Shown here piece by piece: positions 20,736 through 31,521 of a DNA stretch of 64,000 nucleotides. The number at the start of each line of letters is the position of its first letter. Positions within the stretch are counted from its first letter, which is position 1. Source of the stretch: an uncultured delta proteobacterium (lineage in GTDB: Bacteria; Desulfobacterota; Desulfobacteria; Desulfobacterales; SG8-13); NCBI GenBank assembly GCA_963848135.1, contig CAWKCK010000005.1, positions 310,001-374,000 of the forward strand, written 5' to 3'. The position numbers were made by a program, and so were the translations under genes. Below the pieces are notes generated by a model, which worked only from the letters and a program-made list of their open reading frames with translations, was not told where the DNA came from and searched no databases.

Positions 20736-22082
20736 CTAATTGTCAGCAGCTATTCTTTTCAGTTTCTCTCGCAACGTCTTGCGATCTATCTTCAAAATTT
20801 TGGCCGCCTGCGTTTTGTTACCGCTGACACTGGCCAACACATTCTGAATGTGCTCATTTTCGACAGCTACCAGTGAACGATTCAGCCCTATTTTATGATC
20901 GATAGAAAACCGCATCGGTCCGGGCAAATCAGTAATATCCACTCTATTGTTGTCCATGGTGACAGTTAGTTTTTGAATCAGGTTCTCAAGCTCCCTCACG
21001 TTTCCCGGCCACGAATAGGCTGTCATTGTTTTCATTGCGCGGTCTGAGAAAGATAGCGGTTCACTACCGATCTCGTCACAGAGTTGGGCCGTGATGTGCT
21101 GAATTAGCAGTGGCACATCCTCACTGCGCTCGCGTAACGGTGGAATAGGAATGTCGATCACATCAATGCGGTAATACAGATCTTCCCGGAACAACTTCCT
21201 GTTGATAAGGTCCAGAAGCTCTTTGTTTGTCGCAGCCACAATACGTGCATCGACTTTGACGACCTGACTGGAACCCACCTTGATGATCTCCTTGTTCTGC
21301 AACACGCGGAGCAGCTTGGCCTGTAAGTTCTGGCTGGCGTCACCGATTTCGTCCAGAAATATAGTGCCACCGGCGGCCACTTCAAAAAAGCCTGCGCGAG
21401 CTACGTTCGCACCTGTGAAGGCGCCTTTCTCATGACCAAAAAGTTCACTTTCAATGAGACTTTCAGGGATTGCCGTACAGTTTACCGGGACAAAGGCTGC
21501 CGATGAGCGGGGACTGTTGTAGTGAATGGCCCGGGCGACAAGCTCCTTACCTGTCCCGCTCTCACCCGAAATCAGAACATTGGCCGTCATGGTTGCCGCC
21601 TTGGCGATTAGTTTGAACACTTTTTTCATTGGTTTGCTTCTACCCACGATACCAAAGGACGCCTCCAGTTCCAGCCTGCTCTGAGTAGCTCTCTGGGCTG
21701 CCAAACGTTCAAGCGATTGTCGAACAACGGACATCAATTCATCGTCTGTGTATGGTTTGGCCAGAAAATCATCCGCACCCATCTTTATGGCCTCGACCGC
21801 TCCCTCGATTGACGGGTAAGCGGTGATCATGATGACAGCTGTATCGTAAAAATTCTCGCTGACGTAGCGGACTAGATCAAACCCGCTGTGCTTGGGCATT
21901 TTTAAATCCGTTATCACCAGATCAATTCGGTGATCATTCAATATTTTTACGGCATCCGGAACGTTTTCACTGGTGATCACTTCGTAGCCCGACTGGCCCA
22001 AAATTCGTCTGATGATCTCCAAAGCATTGCGGTTGTCATCAACCGCCAAAATATAATATCGTTGTCCAGATTGTTTAGCCAT
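20736..22082 (-). CDS. Sigma-54-dependent response regulator (NtrC family)
   Basis: REC domain, GESGTGKE, GAFTGA, WPGNVREL, Fis-type HTH. Confidence 0.95.
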   Translation of the reverse strand: MAKQSGQRYYILAVDDNRNALEIIRRILGQSGYEVITSENVPDAVKILNDHRIDLVITDLKMPKHSGFDLVRYVSENFYDTAVIMITAYPSIEGAVEAIKMGADDFLAKPYTDDELMSVVRQSLERLAAQRATQSRLELEASFGIVGRSKPMKKVFKLIAKAATMTANVLISGESGTGKELVARAIHYNSPRSSAAFVPVNCTAIPESLIESELFGHEKGAFTGANVARAGFFEVAAGGTIFLDEIGDASQNLQAKLLRVLQNKEIIKVGSSQVVKVDARIVAATNKELLDLINRKLFREDLYYRIDVIDIPIPPLRERSEDVPLLIQHITAQLCDEIGSEPLSFSDRAMKTMTAYSWPGNVRELENLIQKLTVTMDNNRVDITDLPGPMRFSIDHKIGLNRSLVAVENEHIQNVLASVSGNKTQAAKILKIDRKTLREKLKRIAADN

Positions 22083-22101
22083 TTGATCCTCTTGTCATCA
22101 C

Positions 22102-23211
22102 TTATATGGGGAACTTTATTTTAAAAATGGAACCGTGTCCCTTCTTGCTGTCAATTTCAATGCTTCCACCGTGCTCATTGACAATCCCATAAACTACGGA
22201 GAGCCCAAGACCGGTACCTTCATCGACTTCTTTCGTGGTAAAGAAAGGAAGGAAAATTTTATCCATATTTTCTTCTTCGATGCCTTGCCCTGTATCCTCT
22301 ACGAGGATCGAAACCCAGCCATGCTGAAACATGGTCTTGATGGTCAACGTGCCACCAGTAGGCATGGCTTGAATGGCATTCACCACAACATTGATTAGCA
22401 CTTGATTGAGCTGCGCAGGATCACCATTCACAATCGGCAGGTTCTCATCCATATCCACCACGATCTGAATCCTACTTTTTGTGCATCGCGATTCAAAAAA
22501 ATCCATCCATTCGCCAATCAGTTTGTTCAGGTCGGTCTTGGCCTCCCTTGGATGCGTCTGCCTGCCGAAATACAATACTTTCTTAATGATTTCTCTTGCA
22601 TATAGCGTTGATTTCACAATTTTGACTAAATCCTGATATACGTCTTCATTCAAATCAGGATATTTGGAGGCCAATTGCGCAAACCCCAGGATATCTCCCA
22701 ATGGGTTATTCAATTCATGGGCAATTCCTGCAGCCAACTGACCAATGGTCGCTAATCTGTCCGCGTGCCTGAGCTGTTCCTCCAAGATTTTCTTTTTATC
22801 GAAAGCCTCTTTACGATCGATTATGTAGGCTACCTTTTTCGCTACCGCTTCCATCAAGTTATTTTCTTCTATGGTGCAAGCCCATTCCGATCTCAGGGCA
22901 AGAACTTCGTCTTCAATAAATCTAATTTCTAAACGTCCTCGAACTTCGCCACTGACAACAATTGGCTTATGGGCACTATATTTAGATAAGGCATAACCGG
23001 AGGTTTGATAACATGTTTCGCCCAGCAGAATTGCTGCAGCAACCTTCTCAGGATATTCAAAGGCTTGAGGTATAAGGTCTACAATGGCTTGAATGGTTTT
23101 TTCAAATGCATTGGTTCCATCGACCACCAGTTCGGAGATCTGATACAGGCAGTTTAACACGCGGATTTTTTCGAAAAGTTCGGCCTTTTCATCAATTGTT
23201 ATGTTGGGCAT
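22102..23211 (-). CDS. Cytoplasmic sensor histidine kinase
   Basis: IAHELNNP, NVVVNA, EGTGLGL motifs. Confidence 0.9.
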   Translation of the reverse strand: MPNITIDEKAELFEKIRVLNCLYQISELVVDGTNAFEKTIQAIVDLIPQAFEYPEKVAAAILLGETCYQTSGYALSKYSAHKPIVVSGEVRGRLEIRFIEDEVLALRSEWACTIEENNLMEAVAKKVAYIIDRKEAFDKKKILEEQLRHADRLATIGQLAAGIAHELNNPLGDILGFAQLASKYPDLNEDVYQDLVKIVKSTLYAREIIKKVLYFGRQTHPREAKTDLNKLIGEWMDFFESRCTKSRIQIVVDMDENLPIVNGDPAQLNQVLINVVVNAIQAMPTGGTLTIKTMFQHGWVSILVEDTGQGIEEENMDKIFLPFFTTKEVDEGTGLGLSVVYGIVNEHGGSIEIDSKKGHGSIFKIKFPI

Positions 23212-23494
23212 TCGTGTGTCCCCTTGTCTCCTGGAATACTTGAGATTTCAATCATGTGCAGCCATTAGCACTGTTCTCATATTTATTCATTTGCATAAAC
23301 TTTCCTACTTTGAACCGATTTAGCACCATGGGCGTTGAAATATCAATATTTGTCCAGATGTCTGCATCTATTACCGAGCACATGATGCGGAGAGCAAACA
23401 TCGTAGTTGATCCGATGGCGTCGCAGAAACCGACAATTTGAGTGCTGTACGCAAGACTAATATCCAAGAGCAGACCTGATACCAAAAACCAGCT

Positions 23495-24391
23495 TCAAGC
23501 GAACAATATTGACTTGGCGGCTATGCAGACTGCCGCCACGGCAGGGTGGCGGACCTTTCGCTCTAATGAGATAGCGTAGAAACGTTCTACAATTCCTTCT
23601 GCCACGCCGATGGGTTCAACACCATACTGTCTCCCTACCTCGTCCTGGATCACGGAAGGGACTGCAAAAACCCCGACACCTGCCTGACCAAATACTTTGA
23701 GTAAAGCACTGTCCTCAAACTCTCCCACAACCATAGGACGAATTTCCAGGCTATCAAACCATTGTTCGAGTGTACCTCTTAGGGTCGTACCCTCCGCAGG
23801 AAGGAGAATCGGTGCACCGTTCATCGATTCCGGGAATCCTTTCCGGCAGTTCCGGACCAATCTATCGCTAGCCATAAACGTTACCTGGCTCTCTCCAAGT
23901 AGATGGTTGTAAGCGCGGATCTTGACCGCAGGCGGAATTGGCGCATCGGTTAACACGACATCCAACTTGTGAATCGCCAACGCGGCAAGGAGCCTATCCG
24001 TTCTTCCTTCTCGACAAATGACGCGTACCGGTTCTTTCAACTGTATGGCCGGCTCTATCAAATGATGTGCGATGAGCTTGGGGACGACATCCGCTACCCC
24101 AACGGCAAGGTACATGGCGCGGCCGGGCAAACCCCGCACGACATCTTGAATCTCCCGGCCGATATTAAAAATCTCGTTGGCGTAGCGATAAACGACTCGC
24201 CCGATATCCGTGAGTACGAGGCGACGTCCTACTCGGGAAAATAGTTCCACCCCGAGACCCTTTTCGAGATCGCGGATCTGGGTACTGACGGTTTGGGGTG
24301 TCAAAAGAAGCTCGGCACTTGCTCGTGTGAGATTACCATGACGCGACACAGCCCAAAAGTATCTGAGATGTTGATAGTTTAGGGAATACAC
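23495..24391 (-). CDS. nhaR: LysR-family transcriptional activator NhaR
   Basis: Motifs LNYQHLRYFW, EFEDSALLKVFG, ERKVRHP. Confidence 0.88.
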   Translation of the reverse strand: MYSLNYQHLRYFWAVSRHGNLTRASAELLLTPQTVSTQIRDLEKGLGVELFSRVGRRLVLTDIGRVVYRYANEIFNIGREIQDVVRGLPGRAMYLAVGVADVVPKLIAHHLIEPAIQLKEPVRVICREGRTDRLLAALAIHKLDVVLTDAPIPPAVKIRAYNHLLGESQVTFMASDRLVRNCRKGFPESMNGAPILLPAEGTTLRGTLEQWFDSLEIRPMVVGEFEDSALLKVFGQAGVGVFAVPSVIQDEVGRQYGVEPIGVAEGIVERFYAISLERKVRHPAVAAVCIAAKSILFA

Positions 24392-24477
24392 AGGAAACCT
24401 CCTATTTCGATTATATCGAATAAAATATGCTAACTTATCGAATGGACAGAATCAATTAGACCATGGGAGCCTGCAAC

Positions 24478-24798
24478 ATGGATGTTGTTATTTCCGGAAA
24501 AGAGGTTGAAATTGACAGTACACTAAAAGCTTACATCCGGCGTCGAATCGATTTTGCGCTGAGCCGGTTCTCGACCAGAGCCGGGCACATTCGTGTGGTT
24601 GTCACAAACAAAAGTGGGCCCTTTGGAGGGATTGAAAAATCATGCCGTATTCGTGTCCAAATTCATGGAGATACGAATGTAGCCGTTTCTTCCTCGGATG
24701 AAGACCTTCATGTAGCGATCGCTCATGCGACTCACCAAATCCACAGTATGGTCGCCAGAAGGATCGAAATGGGTCGGACACATGCAATAACGAAATGA
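24478..24798 (+). CDS. HPF/RaiA-family ribosome-associated protein
   Basis: [13 protein letters not shown]...[12 protein letters not shown], typical of the HPF-like genes that sit beside nhaR. Confidence 0.75.
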   Translation: MDVVISGKEVEIDSTLKAYIRRRIDFALSRFSTRAGHIRVVVTNKSGPFGGIEKSCRIRVQIHGDTNVAVSSSDEDLHVAIAHATHQIHSMVARRIEMGRTHAITK

Positions 24799-24844
24799 AT
24801 TGACCTGGATTGGATGGAAAAATAGCGGAAAAATGAACATTATC

Positions 24845-24985
24845 AAACAATTCGCACGAGACTATTTAGAGAAGATACCGTGGGATAAACAACCGCCTGT
24901 TCCTGAATTGCCAGATGATGTAGCCACCAAGACGGCGGGAAAGTACGAAGAGGCCCTTCGTCGATTAATCGATAAACAACAGTAA
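24845..24985 (+). pseudogene. purC: SAICAR synthetase C-terminal remnant
   Basis: [42 protein letters not shown] matches the PurC C-terminus. The rest of the gene is absent. Confidence 0.75.
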
Positions 24986-24995
24986 GGAGAAAAAA

Positions 24996-25535
24996 ATGAT
25001 CCAAAGAAATCATGCCGGCGACAAACCCCGAGTAGATGTTTCTGCTTTCCTGCACCCATCGGCCGTTGTAATCGGTAATGTTCAGATCGGTGAAAAAGTC
25101 TTTGTGGGACCCAATGCCGTCATCCGCGCTGACGAGCCATGTCCCGAGGGGAAGGTAGAGGCGATTGTCATTGAACCGGAAGTCAACATCCAGGATGGCG
25201 TTATCATCCATGCCTTAGGCGGCTCGCCGGTCCGGATCGGCAAAGGCGCTTCCCTGGCCCATGGGGCTGTAATCCACGGACCCTGCGATGTGGGAGAGAG
25301 CTGCTTTATCGGCTTTAAAAGTGTTGTGTTTAATGCCTCTTTGGGCCGTGGTGTCGTCATCCAGCACCAAGCACTGGTGGAAGGAGTAACCATTCCTGAG
25401 GGCATGCATGTTCCGTCCATGGCTGGCGTGCTGACCGAAGAAGATGTTCGGAGACTTAAACCGGCCCCTGTTGAATTGGCGACCTTTGCCGACAAGGTCC
25501 GCCGAACCAATGTCTTTTTAGCAGAAGCGTCCTGA
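24996..25535 (+). CDS. Gamma-class carbonic anhydrase family protein
   Basis: Hexapeptide repeats; IRADE, NIQDG-IIH, LAHGAVIHGPC. Confidence 0.88.
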   Translation: MIQRNHAGDKPRVDVSAFLHPSAVVIGNVQIGEKVFVGPNAVIRADEPCPEGKVEAIVIEPEVNIQDGVIIHALGGSPVRIGKGASLAHGAVIHGPCDVGESCFIGFKSVVFNASLGRGVVIQHQALVEGVTIPEGMHVPSMAGVLTEEDVRRLKPAPVELATFADKVRRTNVFLAEAS

Positions 25536-25536
25536 T

Positions 25537-25750
25537 ATGAGTGATACCCCAACACGGGCAAATCCCACAGTGGTCGTCGATATGGGAGGTAAATCCGATT
25601 ACGAAGTGATGAAAGAGAGCGCCAAGGTATTGGACAAATTCAACGTACAATAGGAGATACGGGTTATTTCTGCCCACCGGACCCCGGATCGCGCCCAAGA
25701 ATTCGCCACCGGAGCCGAAGATCGGGGCACTCAAGTGATCATCGCCGCTT
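25537..25750 (+). pseudogene. purE: PurE N-terminal remnant (in-frame TAG, 3'-truncated)
   Basis: MGGKSDYEVMKESAKVLDKFNVQ*EIRVISAHRTPDR...QVIIAA. Stop at 25651; similarity is lost after IIAA. Confidence 0.8.
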
Positions 25751-26213
25751 GTGTCACCATGTATGTCCGTGGCACCGACAGACCTGCCGTCCTCAGATGT
25801 GGCCGTTAAGCTGACCAGGCAGTCAAATCCGTATCACTTCCATGCCGCCCCTTTATATTTTCATTCGACCTCGGGTGCGTGAACTCCATGCATATTAAGT
25901 TTAATCAAGACGAATAGTGGGATAATATAGGTATCTGCCTTCGACAAGGTGATTGAGCATCAGTTCGGTTTTGCTCTGCCCCCCCTTCCGGGGACTGGAG
26001 TTAATAGTTAGTAATTTCACGGCACCCTCCTTTCTGTCCTGCCACTATCTATTCAACTCTTCAAGAGATTATCTGGCTTTGAACACATTGAGACTATATG
26101 GAAATCGGGAGATAGGTCAATACTTGGAACAACTTGCCTGTATCTGTATCGAAAGGCTAAGCCTTAGCAACCCAAGATGATGTGGAGGACAAATATGCTG
26201 GGGAAACTATGAT

Positions 26214-26357
26214 TAGAAACTATCTCAAGAATAAGGTCAGGATTCATGGCAAGGCACGAAACGACGAGAAAGCATTGCATACATGCAGTATGTGAGCATT
26301 TTGAACCGGTTCGAAACAAAACCATGGGCTCTTAGAATATATTTAGGATGGGTTCTA
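26214..26357. mobile_element. MITE family 2, diverged copy
   Basis: Imperfect TIRs TAGAAACTATCTCAA / TTAGGATGGGTTCTA; central CATAC-NNN-CAGTATG-type hairpin; similar size to 38192-38337. Confidence 0.5.
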
Positions 26358-26422
26358 CATGCTATAAACTACAAATCGGGAAGGATTTAAAATGGTACCG
26401 ATGTAATCATTGCTGTCGGATA

Positions 26423-27749
26423 GGGAGTGTTCAATATTCTGTGTCAGCCTGTTTTTTGATTAGCAATCATATCAGAGCCTTAATTCTTTATCCAGCCTTC
26501 CTTCAAAAAATATGGCTAACTGAGATATGGTCAAAGACCAGTTTTGAACCGGCATCGTCCATTTTTTACTGGCATTCTGAATACCCATATAGAGCAGTTT
26601 GAGCAGGCTGTCCTGGTTTGGGAAAGCCCCTTTGGTCTTGGTTAATTTTCGGAATTGCCGGTGAACCGCCTCAATGGTGTTGGTCGTGTAAATGATCCTT
26701 CGAATATCATCCGGATACTTGAAAAATTGACTGAGCCGCTCCCAGTTGTTTCGCCAGGATTTGATGACAATTGGATATTTGTTGTTCCACTTGTCTTCAA
26801 GCCTGTCTAACTCAGACTCGGCCAAATCCTTGTTAGTGGCCTTGTATACTCGCTTGAGATCGACCATGAATTCTTTTTGATTCTTTGAACCAACATATTT
26901 CAAGGTGTTGCGAATTTGATGCACAACACAAAGTTGGACTTCCGTTTGGGGAAAGATTGTTTCGATGGCTTCCGGAAATCCCTTAAGACCATCGATACAG
27001 GCGATCAGGATATCGTCAACACCTCGGTTGGATAGATCGGTCAGAACCTGCAACCAGAAGTTGGCCCCTTCGTTCTCTGAAATATACAGCCCAAGGACTT
27101 CTTTGCGGCCTTCAATATTGACACCAAGGATCGTGTAAACAGCTTTGCTGAAGACCTTGCCGTCCTCACGAATTTTGTAGTGAATGGCATCCAGCCAGAC
27201 AATGGGATAAATCGATTCTAATGCCCGGGCCTGCCACTCTTTTACTGTATGGATGATTTTATCGGTAATCGCCGTCAGGGTGCCCTTTGAGACCTCAATG
27301 CCATAGATATCCTCAAGATGGGCGGATATATCTTGATAGCTCATCCCCAGGCCATACAGGGCCAGGATTTTTTCTTCAATCTCATCACTGAGGGTCGTTT
27401 GGTGCTTTTTGATCAGCTTGGGCGAAAATGTACCGGCGCGATCGCGCGGTGTGTCGAGTTCAAAAGATCCATTGAGAGTCTTGATCGTCTTTTTGCTCTT
27501 GCCATTCCTGCGGTTGGCAGCTATCTCCTGGCCGAGGTGGGAGTCTATCTCCCCTTCGAGGGCTGCTTCCGTCAGATTCTTTATCAGTGGGGTGAGAACC
27601 CCGTCTTTACCGGTGAGGGGCTTGCCTGATTGGATGGCTTTGAGGGCTTTCTGGAAATCAAATTCGCTGTCGTCTTTTGCCATGTCAGTCTCCTTTTAGC
27701 TTTATATATCAGCTTTTTATTTGACTGACACAAAATTATGAACACCCTC
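26423..27749 (-). mobile_element. IS256-family insertion sequence, copy 1
   Basis: IRs GGGAGTGTTCAATATTCTGTGTCAG / CTGACACAAAATTATGAACACCCTC; 8-bp TSD GTCGGATA; 1327 bp. Confidence 0.95.
26472..27683 (-). CDS. IS256-family (mutator) transposase
   Basis: Motifs RRNG, PRDRAGTF, WLDAI, DGLKGF, QLCVVH, YTTNTIE. Confidence 0.95.
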   Translation of the reverse strand: MAKDDSEFDFQKALKAIQSGKPLTGKDGVLTPLIKNLTEAALEGEIDSHLGQEIAANRRNGKSKKTIKTLNGSFELDTPRDRAGTFSPKLIKKHQTTLSDEIEEKILALYGLGMSYQDISAHLEDIYGIEVSKGTLTAITDKIIHTVKEWQARALESIYPIVWLDAIHYKIREDGKVFSKAVYTILGVNIEGRKEVLGLYISENEGANFWLQVLTDLSNRGVDDILIACIDGLKGFPEAIETIFPQTEVQLCVVHQIRNTLKYVGSKNQKEFMVDLKRVYKATNKDLAESELDRLEDKWNNKYPIVIKSWRNNWERLSQFFKYPDDIRRIIYTTNTIEAVHRQFRKLTKTKGAFPNQDSLLKLLYMGIQNASKKWTMPVQNWSLTISQLAIFFEGRLDKELRL

Positions 27750-27809
27750 GTCGGATAGTGTCAGGACCCGGATTATAATTTATCAGATGTTATCTATATA
27801 TTTACAGTT

Positions 27810-28010
27810 TTAGCCCCGAGCTTTATGCTTTGAATTCAATCCCCGTAGCCTGTATCCCAAACCACCAAACACAAAACACCAATTTCTAATCCCTTTCAGC
27901 TTTGAGCTTTCAACCAGCGCGAAGCGCCTACCCCGCAACCCGCAACTCGTTTTCCCGCAACTCGTAACTCGCAACTCGTTCCCCCGCATCCCGTAACTCG
28001 CAAACCCGCC
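27810..28010 (+). repeat. Heptamer-mosaic tract C
   Basis: CAAACAC, TTTGAGC, a GCGCGAAGCGC hairpin at 27917, and GCAACTC/GTAACTC runs. Confidence 0.8.
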
Positions 28011-28013
28011 TCT

Positions 28014-28613
28014 TCATTCTGTTGAGCGTGAATTCGCTTTCGGGTCGACAAGACCATTCAATATATCAACCATTTGTTTTTCATAACGTTCAAATAGCTT
28101 CTCAGAGGTTGCCGCAGAAACACTCACGCCGCCGGATTTAGTTGTTAATATATATATTACGCTGATTAACGGCTCCGGTTCTACTTTTAAATTGGATTTA
28201 ATATAAAGAACATCATTTCCGTTAACGTTTCTTATCTGCTTGTCTAATATTTGGCCCTTATTACTTCTTATCCATTTTGCATAGTGCTTAAACGATTCCT
28301 CAAATGACATCTTTTCCCAGGTTTCTTCCATTGAAACAAACACATCATTGGCGGCATTGGTTAGGACCCTGCTAATGGTTTTTAGATTTTTTGCCGCATT
28401 ATCACCGGAAACTTCCTTACGATAGAAATCCCATTCTTTATCGTTATACCACAATTCATACTCCACCGCGTATCCCTCAATGACCTGTTTTGAAGTCGCG
28501 GGCTTTTCATATCGAATATCCGATTTTTCTATTGGACCATTTGAGTCTGAATCCGAACAGCCGACAATGAAGACAATAATGAAGAGTGAAGCAAAATATA
28601 ATGTTTTTGCCAT
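28014..28613 (-). CDS. Hypothetical lipoprotein
   Basis: Signal peptide with lipobox IVGC; AT-rich. Confidence 0.7.
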   Translation of the reverse strand: MAKTLYFASLFIIVFIVGCSDSDSNGPIEKSDIRYEKPATSKQVIEGYAVEYELWYNDKEWDFYRKEVSGDNAAKNLKTISRVLTNAANDVFVSMEETWEKMSFEESFKHYAKWIRSNKGQILDKQIRNVNGNDVLYIKSNLKVEPEPLISVIYILTTKSGGVSVSAATSEKLFERYEKQMVDILNGLVDPKANSRSTE

Positions 28614-28967
28614 TGTTTGGTATCGCTCCTGTTTTAAAATTAAGGCTCACCTCCAAAGGAGTGGGGGTAATCTGTGAATAGGTAACGCAGAACGAATCGA
28701 AAAAATAGCTTAAATGGCCACAGACTTACGCAGACAATATCATTCGAACAGTCCATATCGCATATTGACATCTATGTATATGTTAAAAACGTGCTACTGA
28801 ACCGTGATATTTATCACCTTGCTGGCCATGATCGTTATATCGGTCAATAACACGGCTGAGAAAAGCAAGAGAGTCAAACCGATTAGCCCGAATATTTCAT
28901 GAAATCTTTTCACCGAGTAGAAAAAAAGGAAGCCATATCGGGGCATTGGTCAAATTTATGATCCGTA

Positions 28968-29148
28968 TAAACCTGGGACAATTTGTACCTCCCCAAGATC
29001 TAATGAAAGAACTGAAAAGATTGCACCCTTCGGGTCAACCGGAGGCTCCTGTGGCCGGCGTTATTCGAGGATCGTAGTAGACTGGTTACAGCATCACCTC
29101 GAAATGCCTTGGCCATAAAAGCCTCCGATTGATGAAATTTCCGGGTTA
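28968..29148. mobile_element. Possible MITE family 3
   Basis: Imperfect terminal IRs (AACCTGGGACAATTT / AAATTTCCGGGTT) and internal hairpins (GGAGGC...GCCTCC, TTCGAGG...CCTCGAA). Confidence 0.4.
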
Positions 29149-29449
29149 AGTTCCTTACTGATAATGAAATATTCAGGTTGATATGGTGAACGGTTCACGG
29201 CATTCTTTCTTGCTGTTCGCCGTATTTTGGGATATTTCATCCTTTAGTGAACTAGGCTCACCGCCGGGCAGGATAACCCAGGTGTCACCGTCCGGCCCAT
29301 AGCCCGGGCATTTCACGCCCCGAGGGATTCAATGGCTGCCTTAGGACGCGCCCAAAGGGTGAAAACTTTTCGGCTTTTCTCTAAAATTCATAAGTTGCAA
29401 ACTGTACCCGGAATAGAGATACCGAATCAATGCTGAAGGAAAGTGCCGG

Positions 29450-31510
29450 ATGAGAGCATCGGTCCTCATTTTCATGAACCTGCTGGTGATGGTCTGGGTA
29501 TCGGTCCTGCCGCCGCTTGGTAGGGTCTGCATTGCGGCGGATAACCAGGCCCAGAGCGAACCACTTGATTTTACGAAGTTTTCCCTGGAACAACTGAAAA
29601 CCGTCGAAATCATATCGGCTTCCAAGAGACCCGAAGTCGTTTGGGACGCGGCCTCGGCTGTATATGTCATTACGCAAGAACAGATCCGGCGATCAGGAGT
29701 GACCAGCATCCCCGAAGCGCTGCGGTTGGCCCCGGGTGTCCATGTGGCCCGCATCAGCGCCACGGAGTGGGCCGTCAACATCAGGGGGCTCAACAACCAG
29801 TTCGCCGAAAACCTGCTTGTGCTCATGGACGGCCGCAGCGTTTACACACATGTCTTTTCCGGCGTGTTCTGGGATGTGCAGGACACGGTCATGGAGGACA
29901 TTGAGCGGATCGAGGTGATCCGGGGGCCCGGAGCCGCCCTTTGGGGGAGCAACGCCGTCAATGGCGTCATCAACATCATCACCAAGAATGCATACGAAAC
30001 CCAGGGTGGAGAAGCCGTGGCTTTGGTCGGCAGCGAGGAACAGATTGCCAGCTTCCGCTATGGCGGTAAGTTGGGCCAACAGGCGTCTTACCGGGTCTAT
30101 GGCAAGTTTTTCAACCGGGGGGAATTGGATAGTGTCGCTGGCAGCTTAACCGGTGACACCGGCAATCCACAGTCGAGCGATAACTGGCGTTCCGGTCGGG
30201 CAGGGTTTCGCCTCGACACAGCGCCCGCCAATGATGCACCGGCCGCCGGAGCCAACACCTTCAGCCTGCAGGGGGTAGCATACAGAAACAGGTACGACAA
30301 GGAGTTCGAGCGCCGCTCGATACTATTTCCAACCGCCCCCACGGGTCAAGGCCTGCAAACCAACGACTCCGAGGCCACTGGGTTCTACTTGCTGGGGCGA
30401 TGGCAACACGCCTTCTCCTCGGATTCGAATACATCGCTGCAGGTCTATTTCGACCACGCCGAAAAAGATTACGATCCGGCCAGCGGCAAAGTGAATACGG
30501 CCGATCTGGATTTTCAGCACCAACTGACCGTCGCGAAATACCACGACATCGTGTGGGGCCTGCAGTATCGATTCATCTCCGATGAGTTCCGGAACAGCCC
30601 CAACTTCACGATGGATCCGCTGGATTTGAATCAAAGCCTGTGGAGCGCCTTCATCCAGGATCGTGTCCAGCTGGCGCCCGATCTGCTTACGTTGACCGTG
30701 GGTTCGAAATTCGAACACAACGAGTTCACCGGGCTGGAAGTCCAACCCAGCTTGCGGCTGATATATACGCCGCTACAGCAACTGGCCCTTTGGACGGCCG
30801 TCTCAAGGGCCGTGCGCAATCCGTCACGACTCGAACTGCACGGCAGGATTAGCGACGAGCTTTTTCTGCCTGCTGTCGATCCCGATGTTCCAGTGCTTGT
30901 CAACATCCAGGGCAACGCAGATCTCGATGCTGAAAAACTCACGGCCTACGAATTCGGCCTGCGCCTGATGCCGAAGCCATCCCTATGGTTCGATGTTGCC
31001 CTGTTTTACAATGATTACGATGACTTGATCGGCCTTGAGCAGATCTCCGGTACCCCGCCGTCCGGGCCGTACGACCTGACCTATGCCAACAACACCACCG
31101 GACGAGCCTATGGCGTGGAGGTTGCCGCCGATTGGCAGGTCATGCCCAAGTGGCGTTTGGGGGCCACCTATACCTACCTGAACACGCAAATCGACAAAAA
31201 CCTTGTCGCTGACCCGAACATCACCGTACTCGTCTCCGAGGGCGTCAATCCGCGCAATGTCGTCTCCATCCGGTCATTCCTGTTCGTGACACCACAGATC
31301 GATTTCGATGTGGCACTCCGCTTTGTCGGCAGCCTACCGGAAAGGAACATCGACAGCTACACGGTCATGGATGCCCGGCTGGCCTGGCGCCCTTTCCCGA
31401 AACTGGAACTGTCCATTGTGGGGCAGAATCTCCTGGAGGAAGGGCATGCGGAGTTCTCGACGCTGGAGGTCCAACGCAGCGTCTACGGTAAGATCGACTG
31501 GCATTTCTAA
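29450..31510 (+). CDS. TonB-dependent outer-membrane receptor
   Basis: Plug motifs (VITQEQIRRSG, LVLMDGRS, IERIEVIRGP, GSNAVNGVINIITK) and a C-terminal Phe. Confidence 0.93.
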   Translation: MRASVLIFMNLLVMVWVSVLPPLGRVCIAADNQAQSEPLDFTKFSLEQLKTVEIISASKRPEVVWDAASAVYVITQEQIRRSGVTSIPEALRLAPGVHVARISATEWAVNIRGLNNQFAENLLVLMDGRSVYTHVFSGVFWDVQDTVMEDIERIEVIRGPGAALWGSNAVNGVINIITKNAYETQGGEAVALVGSEEQIASFRYGGKLGQQASYRVYGKFFNRGELDSVAGSLTGDTGNPQSSDNWRSGRAGFRLDTAPANDAPAAGANTFSLQGVAYRNRYDKEFERRSILFPTAPTGQGLQTNDSEATGFYLLGRWQHAFSSDSNTSLQVYFDHAEKDYDPASGKVNTADLDFQHQLTVAKYHDIVWGLQYRFISDEFRNSPNFTMDPLDLNQSLWSAFIQDRVQLAPDLLTLTVGSKFEHNEFTGLEVQPSLRLIYTPLQQLALWTAVSRAVRNPSRLELHGRISDELFLPAVDPDVPVLVNIQGNADLDAEKLTAYEFGLRLMPKPSLWFDVALFYNDYDDLIGLEQISGTPPSGPYDLTYANNTTGRAYGVEVAADWQVMPKWRLGATYTYLNTQIDKNLVADPNITVLVSEGVNPRNVVSIRSFLFVTPQIDFDVALRFVGSLPERNIDSYTVMDARLAWRPFPKLELSIVGQNLLEEGHAEFSTLEVQRSVYGKIDWHF

Positions 31511-31521
31511 GGACCCGCCCG

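Noticed and set aside
25651..25653. Pyrrolysine read-through of the TAG in purE
   Set aside because: The gene is also 3'-truncated and its purC neighbour is a stub, so ordinary pseudogenisation explains it.
29150..29450. Riboswitch (cobalamin or c-di-GMP) upstream of the TonB receptor
   Set aside because: GC-rich hairpins are present but I could not find a B12-box or GEMM consensus. An Rfam search would be needed.
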